DNA of 63,127 bases, the filler included, from Globobulimina sp. (taxonomy: Eukaryota), in NCBI GenBank assembly GCA_003354225.1. It is 14 parts of 14 records of this genome, joined end to end, with 100 filler letters (N's around TTAATTAATTAA, not from the genome) between each part and the next. Parts side by side here need not be neighbours in the genome. Positions count along the whole stretch, not along the records: positions 9,044 to 13,463 come from PIVH01001261.1; positions 13,564 to 17,983 come from PIVH01001262.1; positions 18,084 to 22,501 come from PIVH01001263.1; 11 more parts are not named here. One strand, given 5' to 3'. Both the position numbers and the translations under genes were made by a program. Every line of letters starts with the position of its first letter. The stretch's first letter is position 1. A model generated the notes under the pieces. It saw only the letters and a program-made list of their open reading frames with translations, was not told the origin of the DNA and searched no databases. Below are positions 9,665 through 21,875 of the stretch, piece after piece.

Positions 9665-11396
9665 TCATACAAATTGAAATATATCAGACAGAATGAATTG
9701 AGAGTCCATAATATCTTTCAAAGTAACTTGTTTATCATTATCATACTCCTTTTTGTCCTTAATTATTTTATATAACTCCTTCGTTCCTTTATCAGCACAA
9801 AATAATTTAATAAAATGTGGCGAATTTGTATGAAACCATTCCTTAAAATTGAATGCAACATTTTTCTTTAAATACCACATTGGCTGACCATTAAAAAAAT
9901 GATCCAATAATGCAAATTCACGTGGATCATACAATTGATATTTGAAATTGCGGTGATAATGGCAATATTCTTCAAACAATTCATCTAAAATAACTGGTCC
10001 CAATGCCACATATTTCTTAAATGCATTATTATTATTATTTGATGAATATAACAAATCAATAATACCCAACTGAGAACTCGATGTTTTCCCACCTTTCATT
10101 AAAATATTTATTTTATTTAACCACGAATAAAATAAGCCATTCTCTTTTTTTGTCGCCATAAACCAACAACAAAATTGTTCATCATTTTGCCATTTTCGGT
10201 TTTGATGATCATATTTAAAACCAACAAAATCAAAATCCTGTTCCATTAATAATTTATCCCAAAAGAAATCAAAATCCATTGTCGTACCACAATTTTTGAA
10301 ACATATTATCGTTGCGTCACAGTAAATGCCTCCGTATTTGGCCAATATTGCCACGCGAACTACATCGGAAATATGGCATGCTTTCTCAAACGATAATAAA
10401 TTGGATGGTAATTCATTTTGATTCAAATACTTCCAAATATTGCATGGCGTAATCAATATATGTGTCCAATTTGGGTTATTACTACGCACCGAATTCACAC
10501 AAAACTTTATATTTTCTGGCATTTCCTCTTCGTTTTTATCCCAAAATTGCCATATTACTTTATCCGGAATCTTTTCTTCCTTTTCACTCAATAATGCCAA
10601 TAATAATAAATGTTTGGAATAATCAAATGACCAAAGATTCCTTTTTGAGGATAAGGTTTCTTTTTTTTCTTCATTATTATTCATATTCATACTCATCGTT
10701 TGTTGCATTGTTTTCTTTAAATCTTTGCTTTTATTTTGTTGTTTTAATTGCATCTCTTTATAAGAATTTGCCATAATATGATACAAATTCAACAACACAA
10801 GTTCTGCTGCAATATTTGCATTCGAATGAACTTCAGGATCTAAATATTTTTTACTCCATTCTTGTTTATATACATTACCATAAAATTGTGCATCGGGTGT
10901 CATCACATTAGTAAGTTGTTCTGTATATTTCTGTTCATGTTCTGCTGCTAAATTGCGTGATATATGCAACGAAGTAGAGGTCGAACAAAACAGCCAATTT
11001 CTCAGAGGATACGGATAGTGGTTGTTGCTGCGTATCACCATTGTGGCCAAATGAACGGGCTTTGGGTCTGATGGCATTATTTTTATGAGTAGTGTATGAT
11101 CTGTTGTATTGTTGTTGTGGTCGCGGGAATCTATGGGATGAGGAGGCTTTGTTAGATTTGTTGTATTGTTGTCGGGGTTGCAATTGATTGTATCTCCTAT
11201 TATTGCTACGATTGCCTCTGCCACCTCCACTGTTCCATTTGTTATTATTGTAATTATTATGCTTATTTCTAGACACATTCTCAATTACTTCTTCATTATT
11301 TGCCGTTGCATTTGCGGTATGATTGCTGTGTTTGTCAGCTTCACGGACATCATCGTTCGGGTTGTTACGTTTTTCTTGCCATTGCAAATTTGACAT
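9665..11396 (-). CDS. GT32 / capsular-polysaccharide-synthesis-like glycosyltransferase with a probable N/R/Q-rich low-complexity first exon
   Basis: 'IPDKVIWQFWD', 'CVNSVRSNNPNW', 'SDVVRVAILAKYGGIYCDAT', 'WFMAT', 'LGP'; the 5' part (10935-11396) is in another frame and the exon junction is uncertain. Confidence 0.75.
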
Positions 11397-11651
11397 TGAG
11401 TTAAGAGTTTTTGTTTGGTAAAATTGACACTAGCTTAAACCAGGAATAATCAGTATTTGTATACTATACCTTTTGAACCATTTACATGCAGTGCAAGGAT
11501 ATTAAATGTATACAATTTCAAGAGAAAAGTGATTCAATTGCAAAAGCGCAATTAACTAAAAAATATAATATAATTTATAAAACCAAACCAAATAAAGGTA
11601 CATTGTCAATATCATTTGGAATTGGAATGGAACGAATATATTTTAATAAAT

Positions 11652-11978
11652 TCAAACCAAATTACGATTCTCATCATCTTGTAATGAAACAACTTTATTG
11701 TTATTTCTACCATTTTGACATTGATTTACCAATAAAATCACATTACAAACAACAATACATCCTACCACTGCCACCAATAAATATAATGCTTGACTTGAAA
11801 TTTCAACTTGAGTTTGACCAAAATACCCTTTATTTCTATTCTTCACTAACAGTCCTTCATAATCATCATCGATATCTCTAAACAACCAAGCCTCATCATC
11901 TCCACGAACACTGTACCACCCATAACAAATATTCGCTAAGAAAATGAATCCAAAAAAGCAACTCCAAATAGTCTTCAT
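11652..11978 (-). CDS. Small signal-peptide + single-TM protein, paralog A
   Basis: 108 aa; hydrophobic N-terminus, acidic short ectodomain, TM 'ALYLLVAVVGCIVVCNVILLV'; near-identical paralog at 13190. Confidence 0.75.
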   Translation of the reverse strand: MKTIWSCFFGFIFLANICYGWYSVRGDDEAWLFRDIDDDYEGLLVKNRNKGYFGQTQVEISSQALYLLVAVVGCIVVCNVILLVNQCQNGRNNNKVVSLQDDENRNLV

Positions 11979-12074
11979 GTTTTATTCACTAAATTTATCT
12001 AAAAAAAGTAACTCAAAAATCTCAAAGCATGAAAACCCAGTGTCAGATTATAGCAAGTACACGGATTAGGTAGT

Positions 12075-13100
12075 TTATTTATTGATAGTGCCATAATACG
12101 CAAACAATTGTCGATTGGCTTGAATATCAGAGGTGGTGACAATAAACGGAATGAGTACGCCATCCAAGGAACAATAAAGGAATTCCACATTTTTCCTATC
12201 CAAATCTTGTTCAGTTAAATCTGGTTTGGATATCCATCTCCTTGCATCATTTATGAATATTTGCGCATTGTAATGAGAATCGTGTGTCAACAAATACCCA
12301 TTGATTGTCACAGTGATGGTTTCGTCAATATTTAATCCTTTCAGAGCCAAGATATCATACGGAATCTCGACTGAATAATTCCATTTTTTAGGATATATAT
12401 TGGCCGGATATTGACTTTTAAATTCTTGCAATAAATATTCATCACCGTAATAAACACCGATGCACGTATTTTGTGGAATATTTTTTGTGGCAAAAGCACC
12501 AAATTCACCCTCCAGTAGACACAGACCATCACAGTTTCCCTTTGTTATTAAGCGTTTCTCAATGTATTGTTTGGTGATGTTTTGCTTATAAATTGAATAA
12601 TTATTTGTTTCTATAAACTGTCTCACTGCGATTTCCATCAAAGTTACATTATATTCAATCCATTTACTCCCAGTCAAAGGTAGTATGCATTGTAAATGAT
12701 GGTGGTCAGTATACAATGCTTTTGTAGCTGCTGTTACATAATCATATAAACACTGAATCGTTTTTGTCCGCGTAATATCCATATCACTATCAGCTGCAGA
12801 AAGTATTAATGTATCTTTCATTGTGTTTGTTGGATCATTACGTGCTAAATTCAATTGTTCCAGAAATTTGGAATAGAGTATGACTAGATTTTCATCTACA
12901 ATTTGATCATGTGATTGTTGTATAATACCAATTCGAATTGAAAAATATTCAAAATACCAACAAAGTGTTACAATGATTAACAAGAATCCCATACAATAAC
13001 ATGTTTTGCGGAAATAACTGAATGGTTTTATACTTCCATATTTTTGCAAATTGCGTTTAAATTTATCCATGGTGATTGTACTCAATTTTATGTATTCCAT
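12075..13100 (-). CDS. SET-domain protein with an N-terminal transmembrane anchor
   Basis: TM 'CYCMGFLLIIVTLCWYF'; SET motifs 'FGAFATKNIPQNTCIGVYYG', 'FINDAR', 'NVEF', 'TTSDIQANRQLFAYYG'. Confidence 0.75.
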   Translation of the reverse strand: MEYIKLSTITMDKFKRNLQKYGSIKPFSYFRKTCYCMGFLLIIVTLCWYFEYFSIRIGIIQQSHDQIVDENLVILYSKFLEQLNLARNDPTNTMKDTLILSAADSDMDITRTKTIQCLYDYVTAATKALYTDHHHLQCILPLTGSKWIEYNVTLMEIAVRQFIETNNYSIYKQNITKQYIEKRLITKGNCDGLCLLEGEFGAFATKNIPQNTCIGVYYGDEYLLQEFKSQYPANIYPKKWNYSVEIPYDILALKGLNIDETITVTINGYLLTHDSHYNAQIFINDARRWISKPDLTEQDLDRKNVEFLYCSLDGVLIPFIVTTSDIQANRQLFAYYGTINK

Positions 13101-13189
13101 TTCCGAAAATATTCTAAATGTATAGATATATCAAATTGTATTTGGAAAACTTCGCAAGAGATTTTTGAGTTACTTTTTTTAGATAAAAC

Positions 13190-13463
13190 ATGAAGACTAT
13201 TTGGAGTTGCTTTTTGGGACTTATTTTCTTAGCGAATATTTGTTATGGGATTCTCAGTCCCCGTGCGGCAGTCGAGAAAGGGTTGGTTGGAGGTGATGAT
13301 TATGAAGGACTGTTAGTGAAGAATAGAAATAAAGGGTATTTTGGTCAAACTCAAATTGAAATTTCAAGTCAAGCATTATATTTATTGGTGGCAGTGGTAG
13401 GATGTATTGTTGTTTGTAATGTGATTTTATTGGTAAATCAATGTCAAAATGGTAGAAATAACA
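13190..13463 (+). CDS. Small signal-peptide + single-TM protein, paralog B (3'-truncated by contig end)
   Basis: Nearly identical to paralog A except the segment after 'ICYG'. Confidence 0.75.
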
Positions 13464-13563
13464 NNNNNNNNNNNNNNNNNNNNNNNNNNNNNNNNNNNNN
13501 NNNNNNNTTAATTAATTAANNNNNNNNNNNNNNNNNNNNNNNNNNNNNNNNNNNNNNNNNNNN

Positions 13564-16500
13564 TATTTATTATTGGTGGTGATTTCAATATTCATAATGA
13601 AGCTTACTCTCGTTTGGATTTCTCGCGGTACGGCAAAAATGACCGTTTGGAATTTACGTGGCTGGAAAAGATCATTGATGTGAAGCATATTTCTGTGATT
13701 AATAATAAACGCATTCCGACCCATCGTCAGGGAAATATCTTGGATTTGCATTTATTTTCAGATAAATTGCTACAAAATCATGATAGTTACGTAATAAATT
13801 GTATAAGTCCGCAAAATACACAGCGGAGACTCTCCGATCATTTTATGCTGTTTACTATTATATATCTGCCGCAGCATGACATTAAGCCATCTGACAATGT
13901 ATCCCGACAGTATTTTGATGCAAATAATGTACATTATCGCTTTAGTTGTCCAAAATCACTCTATTTATATCAGTTACATACTATTAGAGCATTGGGACAG
14001 TTACAGAAACGTATCTGTGCATATAACCAATATACACATACGTTTATTGATGATATTGCACATCAATTTTATTGTATTCTTCATAAAAATGCAGCAAAAT
14101 ATATTGGTAGGACCCGTAGAAATAAGTATCATCATCGCCAGATCTGGTGTAACAATGCTATTATTGATATGGGCATACTTTTAAAACAGCAGAAGCGAGA
14201 ATGGTTAGCCAGCACTGATGATGTACAGCGAACCTCTAAACGTGATATATACAGAAAATGCAAAAATCGCTTAAAAACGCTGTGAAATAAAGCAAAAAAA
14301 GTATATTTAAAACAGAATATGGACCTAACCATTGCTGGCAAGAGGGATATATATAAATCCATGCGATATCTTCGTAAAATTGGGCGTATTACACAGCGTA
14401 AGAAGTACATTCCGTATTTGATCCATCAACGTGATGATAATGAAACAGTTTTTGTTCATAATAGTCATATTAAAGCAAATATATTTGCGCGTAAATTTTG
14501 TCATCGCTATTTGTCGGATGTTCACTATGCTCCTTTGGATGGCTTGAAATTCAAAAATATTCCATTTTGTGATAATATTTATGATTGTACTGATATAATG
14601 ATGAATATTTCTACAAATATATTGGAAGCAAATGCTGTGCCTAACCCTCGTTTATTTGTTGATGATTCAATACATAAAAATGCGAGTTTTGTCATTGAAC
14701 AACCAATTTCGCGCCATTTGATTAAATATGTACTGCGGATAATGAATAAACGTTGCAATCATGGAATGGGTTTGCATATACAATTGTTGCTGTACCTCGA
14801 TCCATTTATTATTGATTTTCTGTATACTTATTTGAATATGTTCTATGACTCTGGATATTTGCCACGGATCCATAAGATAACGTATATTACACCGATTGCA
14901 AAACCACGACGTGACCCGCACTTTGTTGATAATTATAGAGAAATATCGTTGAATGGCTGTATAAAAAAGTTGTATGAGATGTGTTTATTGTACAAAGGAA
15001 TTGAATTTGTGGTAAATTGTGATTCAATACATCCAAATAATACTACTAATATGAAAGGAAAGTCAACGAGGGATATTGTGGCATTATTAATAAATGATAT
15101 TGACACAGGTTGGAACAAACAGATTCCGACATATGCCATCTTCTCAGATATCTCTCAAGATTTCCCGTCCGTTTGTTATGATATTTTGCTCCAACGACTG
15201 TATCATTATTATGGATTTCCTATGAAATATGTCCAGGTTATTTATGATCTCTTTATTAATTGTTGGTGTGCTGTGGTTGTAAATGGTATACGTTCCAAAT
15301 GGATGTTGCAGTTAATTGGTTTGGCGCAGGGACGTCCTTTAAGTCCCTTTTTAAATATGCTTTATTTGGATCCTTTATACTATGTCATTCCATCGTATCT
15401 GCCAATAAAACTGTACATTTATGTGGACGACTTAGTGCTGTGGACGATGTTGAAAGCGGTATTTGTTTATGACATTCAATATGGTTTACAGTATGCCATT
15501 GATAATATTATAGGATGGCTTAAGTTGAATGGAATGACTTTGTCTGCAGCGAAAACAAAATATATTGTCTTTTATACGAATAATATGGACAAAAAATATG
15601 ATCTTCCCATGCCACAAATTAGCATCGATCATGTGATACAGACTAAACCTGTTAAATACGTTAAATATGTTGGATATTATTTGACGTATAATCTGTCCAT
15701 ACGTACACACATAAATCACATCGTACAAAAGCTATTTTTGGATTATAGAGAGCTGAGAAACATACGTTGTTATTTCCGCCGTTTTCGTATAAAGAAATTG
15801 TATCATTATATGTCATCCGTCATTCTCTCTAAGATTGAATATCCAGTTCTGTTATTTGGCTGTGTATCGAATCAAAATGAGATTAAATCCTTAAAAATGA
15901 TGTATTACCGTGTTGTAAAGCTATTGTTTGGTGCTCTTAATACCATCCCTTTGGATATTCTAATCATTTTGACGCCGTTTCTTCATTTTGAGGTATTTAT
16001 TGACATTAAATTGATTCTAAATTGGGTGAGTTTGCTATATATCCACGATCGTAACATTCTGTATGAGCTCATAATGAATCGATGGATGCCAATATGGAAT
16101 GATTATTTGTTATCTACGGTGAATATACGTACTCAGCGATCAAAGATGCTTTATATGAAAACTTATGATAAACGGAATCCTTTGTTCCGTATCTTTCTAT
16201 TGGCTCTGAAATATAATGTTTTGCCTTTGATACATTATAATTGGCGTTTTGCTCTCAATTCACATGGACGCAAACTTAAATATATACCATCTGTGATCTC
16301 TAAATGTGAGCATATTGTATACATTGATAGTTTATACACAGAAAGGGATACATTGAATCATTCAAATACAACATTGTATGCATTCACTGATGGATCGATT
16401 GTCGGTACAAATTGTGCAGGAATTGGTATTTTAATTGAACTTCACCAACTTTATAATCATGCATTGGTAACACATGATTTTGATGACTTGCAATACCAAA

Positions 16501-17983
16501 TGGATATTGAAATTGATCTGAAATCACAGCTTTTGGGTAAAGTCTTGCAATATAATATTGTGTCAATACAACAAGATTGGCTTACCATTGGCTATGCGTT
16601 TGATATTAATATTGTCGAATTAATGGGAATTATCACTTTGTTGCAACAAATATTGAAGTTACCGGCGTCCTTTTTAGATACTTTTGATTGTATTCATATT
16701 GTCTCTGATAATTTAAATGCGTTATTATGGATATGTCGGTTACAACGTATGTCGGATTATATCATTATTCGCCATATACAGCAGATTCATAATTATATTG
16801 ATGACATTTATGATAAATATCATATACGACTTCGGTTTCAAAAATGTAAACGGGATACAAACCACGGTATACGTATTGCAGATGCATTGGCAAAGAAAGC
16901 GGCAAATGAGCTATTTGATAATGGTAAACATAAAAATGTAAACCGACTACCGATTTCAGAGAAAATTGCGAAGAAATTGGTACATAAATCTGTAACAAAG
17001 ATACATCAATATGAGAATATTCATAATTTGAGAGATAATCATTTGGTTTCATATAAAATTTATCATTGGCGTATACATATTAATAATCATTTAGAGCCAT
17101 TTAGAGAATTACAACTGTCCCAAAATGTGGCCATGATATTATTACAGCTTCGATCAGGCCATATCCATTTAAATATGTACCAACACATTAAACATCATCG
17201 CAAATATTATAATATCCACAACCGCGCCAATAAAGGGCACATACAGTATCTCATTTGTGTTCTAGATTGCTGTTCATTGAATAATAGTGGACGATGCGAC
17301 TGCGGCTGTGGCGCGATTGAGGACGTTGATCACTTTGTTCTTCAATGCCAGAGATATTGCATACAACGTAGACAATTATTAGATAGTGTTTCTGTATATT
17401 ATACTCGCTGTGATTGGCTGATTACTTTGAAATCTCTTTTGTTTCCACCTACAGATATTAGATGGCAACATCGTAAAATGATATTACAGGCTGTAGCTAC
17501 GTATGTAATTAGGACTAAGAGATTGCATTTTAATTAATTTGTTTATTCTTATTCATCTTTTTATCTTCTGCCTTCCGCTGCAGTGCCCTTTAGTTTTAGT
17601 GTCAGTCTAATTCAAGTAAAGTCTTTTTGTTTATTTAAATCACAAAAACTTTTTCGTTTTTCGTTTTTGCTTTTCTTTAATTCTTTATTTCCTTTTCACT
17701 TTTAGTCTTATTTGATTTGCCTTATATTTTGTCTGCCTTTAAAGGTTTGTATAGGGATATTTTCTTTATCATGCATTTGTGGTAGATCCCAAATTTGTGA
17801 GGATTCATGAATTTGTAATCTTCCAACCGGCTTTTGTGATTTTTCTTGAAGCCGTTTTGGTGTGGTGTGTTTTTTATCACTTATGATAAGATTTTCAATT
17901 TATTCCTTGCAAGCTTCGTAGTTGCCACTAGAAAAAAAAAAAAATATAAAAAAAAAAAAAAAAAAAAAAAAATAAAAAAAAAA
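13564..17983 (+). mobile_element. Non-LTR retrotransposon (LINE with APE endonuclease, RT, RNase H, CCHC finger, 3' UTR and poly(A)); 5'-truncated by the contig
   Basis: APE 'GGDFNIH', 'PTH', 'LDL', 'SDH'; RT 'PIAKP', 'YREISL', 'GLAQGRPLSP', 'YVDD', 'KYVG'; RNase H 'FTDGS', 'VELMGI', 'SDN', 'ADALAK'; 'CDCGCGAIEDVDHFVLQC'; T-rich 3' UTR; A-tail 17932-17983. Confidence 0.95.
13566..17537 (+). pseudogene. LINE ORF2 (endonuclease-reverse transcriptase-RNase H) with a single in-frame TGA at 14283-14285
   Basis: ORFs 13614-14285 and 14319-17537 share one frame: ...RLKTL*NKAKKVYLKQNMDL... Confidence 0.85.
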
Positions 17984-18083
17984 NNNNNNNNNNNNNNNNN
18001 NNNNNNNNNNNNNNNNNNNNNNNNNNNTTAATTAATTAANNNNNNNNNNNNNNNNNNNNNNNNNNNNNNNNNNNNNNNNNNNN

Positions 18084-20527
18084 TATGAAATTGAAATTGT
18101 GCTATTAAATGCAGATAGTTCCTCAGTGACTGCCTTAAAGCACGCAATCGATATAATTTCAAAACCATCATTACCATATTTATTAATTCCAAACTCAAAT
18201 TCATCGATTTTAGTGCCGATAATCTTAGGCTGTCCCTGGAGTTCAATGAGTATTATGACGGCACCAGCTTTAAATGCTTTTAATTTTGGTTTAATATCTT
18301 CGAGTTCAACATCCATAGTTTTGTCAGATACGTCCGTTTTTTCATATTTTTATCGGACAATACCAGCCGACTCGATGCAGTCTGCGGGAATAGTTGAATT
18401 ATGCAAACATTTTAATTGGACTACAATTGGTATAATGCATGATAACGATGCATATGGTATATATTTGGCCGTTGGTATCCTGCAATTAGCCACAAAGTAT
18501 AATATAAATTCGTATTCGATTAGCTATCAACGAAAAGATTTAAATTCAATTGAAATTGCGGCGCATTCCATCAAAGAGTTAGACGTATTCATTGTGATAC
18601 TAATTAGTCATGGAAGTGATCTGAGCGATGCCATTCATGCTTTAATCTCACAAAACATTTGGGGATATCCCTATTATTATATTGGTGTGGATTCGTGGGT
18701 CGATCAACATGATGTTACACAGCAAAATATGCAACAATATGTTCAAGGTTACATTGGGACTGTTCCATGGTTTGTTTTCTTACTTTTACATGTTTTTGGA
18801 AACACTTTTTACATGTTTTTGGAAACATTTATTGTGAAAATAAAGTTATTTATAATGAGTTCCAATGTTATTTGTAAATCAAAGTTTATAAAAATGTTTC
18901 TGGTCATTATGTACCTTCCAAAGCACTTTAAATATTATTTATGTAATAACAACTAAGGCAACCTGGCACTTTAAGTATTGATGATTATAAAGAAGAGTTA
19001 CGAGTTGTTTTCAACACTTCGCTGTATTATGCCAAAAAAATATCATCTTTATGGTCTGCTGAATATCTTAACAATCCATCTTTAGTTTACAATGAATCTG
19101 TAATGGGATCAAAAGCTGTGTATGGCTGGGATTCAATGTACACGATAGCTTATGCCTTGCAAGAGTTTGATAAATTGTATTCATTGCAATCCATATTCAA
19201 CAACTCATTGGACGCTGCACAAACTATGAACAAATTAAATCAAATTATTTTAAATGATGTTCAGTTTTTGGGTGTTACAGGAAACGTTAGCTTCAATGCC
19301 AAAGGTGACCGAAAGAATGGCTTATATGGATATGGCAATATTTTGCCTAATGGCAGTGTACAATATTTTGGCATTTTTAAATTCAATGAGGGTGATATTG
19401 TTGAGTCAATATTCAATGAGGATACTATTGTTTGGCCATCCGACTTTATTCAAAAAGGTGTCATACCACCTCGTAGTTCCATATTAATGACGGATAAATT
19501 AATAACAATTAATCCCATATTGTTTAAGATTATATGCACATTTATTGCTCTTTCAATAACATTTGTTTTATTTTGTATTGCCAGCACATATTACTTTCGT
19601 AGCGAGCGCATTCTTCGTGAAGTCAGCTGGAAATTAAACATGTTTGTTTGCTTTGGCTGTTTATTATGTTATTGTGGGATTATATTGTTTGGCATTGACG
19701 AATATTATCATATGAGTTCAATTGGAAATACATTGGACATCACATGCAATGTAAGAATATGGTTATTATGCATCGCATTTACATTCATTTTTATGCCATT
19801 ATTTTTGAAAACATTTCGTTTGGCAAAGATATTCCAATCATTTCACGTGCAAAAACTTGAAGATTCGAAGTTAATTTGTATGTTAATTACTTGTTTAATG
19901 ATTGATGTCATACTTTTAACACTGTATACCGCTTTGGAAGGATTGCACCGGGAATATAAATTTGGTTACATTGAAATCATTGATCCATTGCAACAAACAA
20001 CATATAAATATGGAATCTGTGGTAGTTCCAACCTTCACCAAACTGCGTTTTATATAACTTTGGGTTGTTGGAAATTATTACAATTAATATTTGGGGCCTA
20101 TGTCGCTGTCATTGTGTCCAGAATTGGCCTAAAAAAATTGACGAGGTTTGATGAAACCGGACAACAGGTTTTTGCGATCACAATTACTTTGTTAGTATTA
20201 ATCATATTGATATTATATTTATTACTGGCGTCAAAGTATAATCAGCATATTAATATAACATATAGTATGATAGCATTTTGTGTATTGATTATATGCAATG
20301 TATCATTACTTGTAAACATATGGCCGAGGTTATATGCGCAATTTTATTTTATTATTAAAAAAGATGATGGGAAGTTAAAAAAATTTAAGGAAACTTTTGA
20401 ACAAACAGTTACCAGATTGATTTCAGAGCAAATTCAACAATTTTATGACAGTTCAAATGCAAATAAAGTGGAAGCATCAACGATCCATAAAACTAAACCG
20501 GAAACTCAATTGTCTGAGTATATATAG
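18084..20527 (+). CDS. Class C GPCR (GABA-B-receptor-like: Venus-flytrap domain + 7TM), 5'-truncated; intron 18770-18957
   Basis: 'ILGCPWSS', 'SSSSTSIVLSD..FSYFYRTIPAD', 'FNWTTIGIM', 'YGWD', 'FLGVTGNVSFNAKGDR', 7TM with 'CNVRIW', 'LFLKTFRL', 'FDET'; GT-AG intron restores the frame (PW-QPG). Confidence 0.9.
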
Positions 20528-20575
20528 TCCTTTTTTGTTTTGTTTAATTTTAATTCTTTTTGTTGTGTGCTGTGT

Positions 20576-21875
20576 CTATAAAACATGGAGGTTTAAGCAA
20601 TCTGTGAGTATGGAATCGGATTTAAACAAAGATTTGAATTTTGCACACACATCAACGACCTTTTTGGTGTTTTTGTTGTAGGGTGTTACAACTACAACGT
20701 TCGGAAAAAATATTATTCCCTTACTAGCTATAATAATTAATGAGTCAGAGTCTGTGTAAATTTTGTGTGTGCTGAATCTAATTCTTATATAATGCCATCT
20801 AAATTTGTATATCTTGCATGTTAATAAAAATATTTGGAACAAAATCCGTCAAATGCATGCTGTGGTTGTGTATATTTACATTTACAAAGATTATCTTTTA
20901 TAATATATAAAGCTAACGCATGTCCTTGTTGATTGTTGACTGCTTTAAATATCTTCTCAACCAATTCAGATTGCATACATATCCTTCCCCAGGTTGGAAC
21001 CACAACATCTTGGATAATTTGTTTGTATTAAACCAACCACGGTTTCTACCCACATCTTTTTCATCAATAAACCTTGATTTGTAGCCCACCATCCATCAGT
21101 TCCTTGATTTATTAATAATACTACACATTTTAGATAACGTTGTGCATAAATACCATGATTCCATATCTCTAACAACCACGTTAGCAACACTTTCCTCATT
21201 CTAATCCGACCTGAACCTATAGCACAATAATGATTTCCCAAAGCAATTATCCATGGATGTAACTGAGCAATAATAGACTCTAAATCATGCACAGAACTAA
21301 AATCCATAGTTTTCGTCAGTAATGTTAAGGCGTTGAGAAATCCATTGCAAATATTAGTAAAATAACAGGACACAGAACACTTTCTGCGCTGACTGTTCTT
21401 TTGGAATCCATTGATAGCTTCGCAAATAATCTGTAATTTCCTTGCACCTAATTGGAATGCTTGGTTTTTCGCTGTTTTAATTGTTTACTGGCCCAGACAG
21501 ACAGTACTCTGATTTTAGTCTTTGTCCATGTTTGTAAATGCATATTTGTAATAACCTCCGTGCAGCAGTCGTAATAAATCATCACTGTTTAAGATGGCAA
21601 AAAAATTCGCACATTGCATTAATGGCAATAATTTAGCTGGATGTAATGTTGCAGGGATACTGAATTGACGATTATCGCAATAATAATCGAAAAGAATCAA
21701 AATCAAAAATAGGTTCACCGGATATTATAATCTTGTCAGCAGCGTTATGTGATGCATTATTATTCCAATACTCCGAGAATCTTGCTTCAAAATATTGTAA
21801 TTTTGATGATAATGTTTTTGTGGGAAACGCCGCTTGTTTTGATCCTATTACAACTGTTATTTGGTGATCAACCAT
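20576..21875 (-). pseudogene. BTB/POZ-domain gene broken by frameshifts/stops
   Basis: 'ITVVIGSKQAAFPTKTLSSKLQYFEARFSEYW' continues in another frame as 'FDYYCD..LMQCANFF'; further fragments at 20576-21373. Confidence 0.55.

Larger units (their letters stand above)
11699..13463. repeat. Inverted duplication: arms ~11699-12023 and ~13158-13463
   Basis: Shared upstream GAGATTTTTGAGTTACTTTTTTTAGATAAA and coding sequence in opposite orientation. Confidence 0.9.

Noticed and set aside
11486-11881. 131-aa plus-strand ORF
   Set aside because: Antisense shadow of the duplicated small membrane-protein gene
14283-14285. Alternative genetic code (TGA=Trp)
   Set aside because: The same ORF uses many TGG codons with only one TGA, and host genes terminate with TGA
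14319-17537. Retron, DGR or group II intron RT
   Set aside because: APE endonuclease, RNase H, CCHC finger and poly(A) tail identify a eukaryotic LINE
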